Source: Eutreptiella sp. 'Long Island Sound 2002' (lineage: Eukaryota > Protista > Euglenida). From it: a DNA stretch of 64,000 nt. Every line of letters starts with the position of its first letter. The first letter of the stretch is position 1. The stretch lies in NCBI GenBank assembly GCA_964036045.1, contig OZ038378.1:20460001-20524000 (forward strand). Direction: 5' to 3'. The translations under genes and the position numbers were made by a program. Below the pieces are notes generated by a model. It was not told the DNA's origin and did no database searches. It was given only the letters and a program-made list of their open reading frames with translations. This document shows positions 58,985 through 64,000 of this stretch, piece after piece.

Positions 58985-61253
58985 GAACGGTGCTCTTCCT
59001 CGCAGTGCAACAGTTCTGTGAGAACCTGCGCCAGTCCGGCATCTTCAAGAAGCGGACATGGCAGTACCTCGCTGCGGCCCTGCCTACGGTTGATCCAAAC
59101 GCCCTGGACGGCAGCAAAGCGCCGTGGGTCGGCTTCCGGCGGCGCTGCGTTGGCGTGCGGAAGCTCCTGCGGCTCCTGCTGACAATGGTCGACAAGGACG
59201 TGATCAACTTCGCTGACGTGGACGACATCTTCAGCCGCACCACCGTGGACGGCCCCACGCAGGAGGACGGGCACAAGATCCCGATGTATGTGGAGCCGGA
59301 GCCCCAGGGTTTTCAGTGGTGTATACCGAGGCGCCGCCTCCCGCCAGTCCGCAACTACGACGAGCTCGTCCCGGGGCAGGCCGTGGGCCATCCCGCAGCC
59401 TTGGCTGAGACCTTCCGCAAGACGTACTGCGAGGCTGTCAGCAATGGTACGCTGCTGCGGCTGTTCTTCTTCGTGTTCCACGCGCACGCGCTGCTCTTCC
59501 TCGTGTGCCTAATGCTCGACACCCGCAATGTCCGCTGGGAAGTCGCGTTGTGGGTACTCAGCGTCTTCGAGGCCGGTGCCACAACACCGCCCGCGGGTGC
59601 GCCATCATCGATTCGGACTGGATGTGCTACCCGGGGGTCATCGTATTCTACTTCGTGATCTTCCTGTCGCAAATGATGGTGACAACCATCCTCTGGGTGC
59701 TGATCTCCATGCTCTGGGGCCTGTTCCAGGGGGTGAAGAAGTCCGTGGGGGCCATCGGCAGCTGGAAGAACGTGCAGCCCTCGATGGACGTCCACCACCA
59801 GCAGATGATTCTTTACACCCCCTTCAGCAATACGGCCCGCTGTTCGCCAACATGCGGCTCCTGGCCCTGCAGCACTGGGTCCACCTGTGGCACTGGGACT
59901 TGATCGGAAAGGACGCCCTCCGGGAGGCCTGCAACTGGCGGTTCCTGAACCCAACCTCCGAAGAGGGCCGGGTGCTGACGCTGGGACACCTCAACGGCCA
60001 CATGGGCCTGTTCTCCTTCGTCTACGGCAGCCAGCACACGGGGGCCGAGCGCAAGCGCATCTCCCACGCCGTGCAGTGCATCTTCAGCATGCGGGCCATT
60101 ACGTATATGGTCCCCGTGTACAACGAGACGGTGTGATACACTTGTGGCGTCCTCAAAAAGGACTGCACCCTCGAGCACCTGATCACGCTCTACCCGGAGG
60201 AGTGGGAGAACTTCTGCGAGCGCACGTTCTACGGCGTGCACCCTGACGAAGTCAGCAAGGCCTTCTTCGCCAAGGGGCAGGCACTCGCGAAGCTGTTCAT
60301 CGACGCGCGGGCCCCGCACATCGCCGCCGTGTGGCAGCGGCTGCGCTCGTGGCCTCCGACCGGGAAAGGCACCCTGTGGACCTCGAAGCTGACGGACTAC
60401 CCCGTGAACATTCGGGACGTGCTACTTTCCGCACGATCCCCCCCCCAGTATCCCGCCGGAGTATGCGACGACGTCTGCCCCCCCCAAGCAGCAGGCAGAG
60501 CTGCTGCACCAGGTCGAGTTCTGGGCACAGCAGCAGGTGCGGTGGTGGGCCACCATGCGGGGCCAGACTCTGGGGCGGACCCTCCTCGGGCTGATGGAGA
60601 TGCGCGAGGCGCTGGTGGACGTGGCGTACCTGGAGCTGAAGACGGTGCACAGCAAAGGCTTCCTCGACGTCGACTACCACAACCCGTCCTCGCGGTGCCG
60701 CTACGACGACGTTCTTGCATGGCTCCAGCGGAACCGCTACCACCTCTTCAATCGGCGGGCCAACGTGGCGAATGCCATATTCTTCGACCCGGAGGACATG
60801 ACGTTGCTGTGTCCCGAGCGGGCTCTGCACAAGGGCCTGTCCCACAGCTCCGCGCTGGCCGTGGTGGTGTGCGCGGAGCTCGCGTGCGCGTGCTTCCTGG
60901 AGCAGTACGCGCTCCAGACTGCGTTCGGGGGCCGCGGGTCGGCCTATGAAGTGCTGATGGCGAAGGACAAGACCGGGGAGTTCGTGCTGCCGTACCTCGT
61001 GTCCCCGAAGATGAACCCGCACCCGGACACGCCCGAGGAGTTGCTGGGCCCCGACGCAGAGCCGCAGCTGCGGCAGGCCCTGGGGCGGTTCAGTGAGGCA
61101 CTGCATGAACTGGAGGAGGCCAATCGGTTGCGCACCAAAGCGGAGCAAGTCGTGGCCGACAAGTTCCAGGTTCTGGTGGGGGCCCAGGTCTACGAGGAGC
61201 AGAAGGCCACGTACACAGAGATCAATGAGTGCCTCGCGCTGTGGAAGCTGCGT

Positions 61254-63900
61254 TGCAATGCCGGTGGTCATGTGCATGGTTGTTCCCCTTGCCGTAGCAG
61301 ACCCAGCAACCGTGGTGCTGTGATCCATACTCGTGGAACGAGAGCGGCGGGTTTCTGATCCTCCGCGGTTCCCTGCGGTTCTTGGTCCTTGGGTCCAGGC
61401 GGTTCCACCTGGACCTGTCCTGCCCATGCTCCTTCATATTGTGCGCTACGAACGCGAAGAAGTGGGCTTCTTCTTGATCCTCTCGGGTGGTCGCGGTCCA
61501 GAGATCTTGGCCGCTTCCACTCCCTTCCTCCGCGGTGCCGACCGTGTCCCCCTTGACCTCTCGGTGTTGGCGATCCCCCCGATGACCTCGATGTCCTTGG
61601 CCCTGTCGATCCTGCACGTGGGCCTCGTTCTTGGCGATGAGCTTCAGCTCCACCGTGATGTACTTCACAATCTCGTCCAGGCTCATGCGGGCGAAGATGA
61701 CCTGCATCCTAAGCGGCTCTCCGCGCCTCCACTCCGCGTTGTTGAGGCGCATCAGCCTTTGCTTCATGGTGTCGCCGAATACCTCCACGTAGACGGCTTT
61801 CTTCAACCCCAACATTCGGCTGGGCTCGCCGAGGTTTCGCCGGAAGAACTCCATTATTCCGGCGTGGGTGTCCTCCGAAGCCATGATCCGTACAGCGTTT
61901 GCTCTCTTCTTTTCCTCGTCCTCCACTCTCCTCTTCCAGTGGCCGGGGAGGATGTCCTTCAGCAGGTGTCGGATCTCGCTGGCCTCATTCCAGTCCTCCA
62001 CCAGCTTGAGGCTTCTTCGGTACTTGCGGATGTACCGATTCCATTCCCGGACCCGCAGCTCACCGCGCTCCAGCGGCAGCGGAATGGACCACAAATCCTC
62101 CAACTTCTGGTTGGGGGCGTCCACTTGCTCCTCGTCCTCCAGCCACTGGAGGCAGGCCTGCTCCGTCTGGATCAATCCCTCGCGGATCTGATCCCTGAGC
62201 TCCTCCTTCAGGTCCTGCGCCAGCCTGTTTGGGAATGTCCGACATACCCACTTGTCCCTTGGCGCTCCCTTCATCTCGCCAACGACCTCCTCGGCGAAGT
62301 CCTCCCAATCCAGGTTTAAGTCATCCAGGTTGGAGGGGTTGCCATCGTAGTAGGGGATTTTGATTCCCCTGAGGTCGTCAATCCTGATGGCGTATCCGAC
62401 GTCCGCAGCCACCACTCCACCGAGACGGATACCACCTGTGGCCGGGGGGTGTGAGTACACTCCCCGTACATCCCTCTCCTCCATGGAGTGCGTTCCAGTT
62501 TGGCCTGAATCCATGGGGTTTGGGATGCGGGAAGGACTTGCTTCACCGGCTGTCCATATTCCCGTAGTGGGGTCTTTCACCCAGTGGTTTCCGCCTGGAT
62601 GGCCTCGACCATGTCCGTCGGCCCTTCCCATGGTTCGCCCCTGCATGGTCTGGATCTCATCTTCCGCATAAACTGCATGGGCAGTTGAGTGGTCGGTGGA
62701 TCCTGAGCGGCATGGGACATCTGTACCGTCAGGCTCCTCAGGTCCGTGGTTGCGTGCTCTTCCCGCATGGACCCAGCCGGTGCCGTATGTTCCCCGAGCA
62801 TTATGGATTCGCTGAACATGGGAACAAACGGCAGCGCACCCGGGTCAACACGCGGAGGCGCGTAGGGTGCCTCTGCAGGGCCGCCCATGGGTTTCTCCAT
62901 GGTGCTCCCGCTCCACCAGCTCTGCCGTTGCCGGCCTTGCCGGGAGCTCCGGACCCGAGGCGAGGGGTTGTAACTCCTCTAGCCTTTTCAAGCGTCCCGA
63001 CATGTCCTCCACCAGGTGGAGGAGGCTGTCCACCACTCGCTGCTGCTTCTGCAGGGCCATCTCCAGCTTCTCCCGGTACCGGTCCTGCTCCGCTCGCAGC
63101 TCCGCCATGTCTCTCTCCGCTTCCGACTGGTCATCCAGGATCCCCGCGATGTTCTCCTCTAGGCCGTCCTTCTGGTGCTCCAGGCGGTCGAGGTGCTGCA
63201 CGATGGCGTCCATCCCCATTTTTGGGTACTTGCCGATGAGGAAGGATACGTGCTCGCAGTGGCACTCAACGTGCTTTCCACCTGATCCGGCGCATCCCAC
63301 GGTTCCCGGCGCCTCGGACTCCTCCGCCATGGGTGTGTCGCCCATGTTATCCCGCGTTGGCTCCGTGTGCCGGGCCACAGGCGCCGTTCAGGCTCTGGTA
63401 GGCCTCTCCAACGCCTCGGCGTCATGCTCCACGCTGGGTTCGGGGGCCGTTTGCGCCCTGGTGGGCGGTATGGCCATCTCCTCCGACTCCGAAGGGAAAG
63501 CGGTCCGATAGCCATCGGAATGCCCCTCGGAATCTGCAGCTGACCACAGCCTGACCGGGCTGGGATCCGTCTCCATCGCCCTGGCTTCCGCCGCGGGTTT
63601 CGGGGACCCGCGCTTCCGGTAACGCCGGGCCCTACCGTTGCTGCCAGTCTCCTCCAACTCCTCCGCAGTGGAGCAGAGATTGCAAGCCTTGCGGCATTGC
63701 CTTTCACACATGGAGGCCAGGTCCTCCATGTCTAGCCCATGTCCTACAAGGGCTCTCCGTCCTGAGCATCTTCGCTCTTCTCGGGCTTCCCAGTCCGGCC
63801 TCGACTCCACGGACTCCACGCTCTGCACCCGGGGCGTCCTTGGGCAGGGCTCATGAGGGCCCAAGTCCCCGGTGCGGCGGTAGGGGGCAGGTACCCCTCT
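61254..63900 (-). mobile_element. Decayed gag-like ORF of an LTR- or DIRS-type retroelement, truncated at its zinc knuckle
   Basis: Coiled coil (LEHQKDGLEENIAGILDDQSEAERDMAELRAEQ), capsid-like IPYYDGNPSNLDDLNLDWEDF, knuckle CWVCYGKGNNHAHDHRHC. In-frame TGA at 63390-63388 and frameshifts; no pol seen. Confidence 0.65.
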
Positions 63901-64000
63901 GCTACCATAAAGAAGGTCTCTTCAAGGACCGGCCCCTGCTGTACCCCTTCCACCATTTCCTGTCACTCCTATGGTCTTGCTTCTCACCAGGTTCTGCATG

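Larger units (their letters stand above)
51093..58986 (-). mobile_element. Full-length 7894-bp LINE: 5' spliced leader, ORF1 with AlkB domain, ORF2 APE-RT-RNase H-Zn knuckle, short poly(A)
   Basis: Bounded by the 14-bp TSD. A5 tail at 51093-51097 and the SL at the 5' end. All canonical non-LTR ORF2 domains are present. Confidence 0.95.
44032..61253 (+). pseudogene. Disrupted giant beta-1,3-glucan synthase (GT48) fused to a clan GH-A barrel, GH16 KRE6/SKN1-like, CBM4-like and CHRD-like modules. Coding segments 44032-45051, 45896-51092, 59001-61253
   Basis: Pyrimidine-rich AG at 44028-29 before the ATG. Phase-0 GT-AG intron 45052-45895. Removing the LINE restores YDYAALTVLFLAVQQFCENL in frame. 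GT48 motifs ITYMVPVYNE, LYPEEWENF, RWWATMRGQTLGRT and KFQVLVGAQVY. Lesions: 3 in-frame stops, about 6 frameshifts and the LINE insertion; 3' part missing. Confidence 0.88.

Noticed and set aside
58764-59276. N-terminal 171 aa of the 945-aa ORF in the track
   Set aside because: It crosses the TSD into antisense glucan synthase sequence and starts at a non-ATG codon. The element-encoded ORF starts at or after the SL.
44584-60136. Stop-codon reassignment (UGA=Trp, UAG=Gln/Trp) to explain the in-frame stops
   Set aside because: The same gene also has frameshifts and a TE insertion, dozens of normal TGG codons are used, and intact ORFs in the window end at TAG, TGA or TAA. Decay is the simpler explanation.

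Overview
This is intron-containing, transposon-rich eukaryotic DNA, almost certainly from a euglenid: the exact 26-nt euglenid spliced-leader (SL) exon lies at 58959-58984 on the minus strand. Contents in order: (1) two exons of an MFSD5/MOT2-type MFS transporter and decayed RNase H-bearing LINE fragments (0.1-9 kb). (2) A very young 11-kb tandem Penelope-like element (PLE) array inserted in a (CA)n/(CGCA)n microsatellite (9.3-20.4 kb). Its ORF2 has an N-terminal GIY-YIG endonuclease before the RT (Chlamys/Naiad-type order) and a PCIF1/CAPAM-like adenine methyltransferase fold. It also has an unexpected gag/LINE-like ORF1 linked to ORF2 by a candidate -1 frameshift heptamer. (3) A two-exon ubiquitin-transmembrane fusion gene and a long multi-exon gene of unknown function (22-40 kb). 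(4) A giant, now disrupted beta-1,3-glucan (paramylon-type) synthase gene (44.0-61.3 kb), in which a GT48 synthase is fused behind a lumenal array of a clan GH-A barrel, a KRE6/SKN1-type GH16, a CBM4-like and CHRD-like domains. (5) A full-length 7.9-kb LINE inserted in that gene's exon with a 14-bp target-site duplication. It starts with the spliced leader and encodes an AlkB-family dioxygenase domain ahead of APE-RT-RNase H. (6) A truncated gag-like element abutting the GT48 region. All domain calls come from motif recognition by eye, without database searches.
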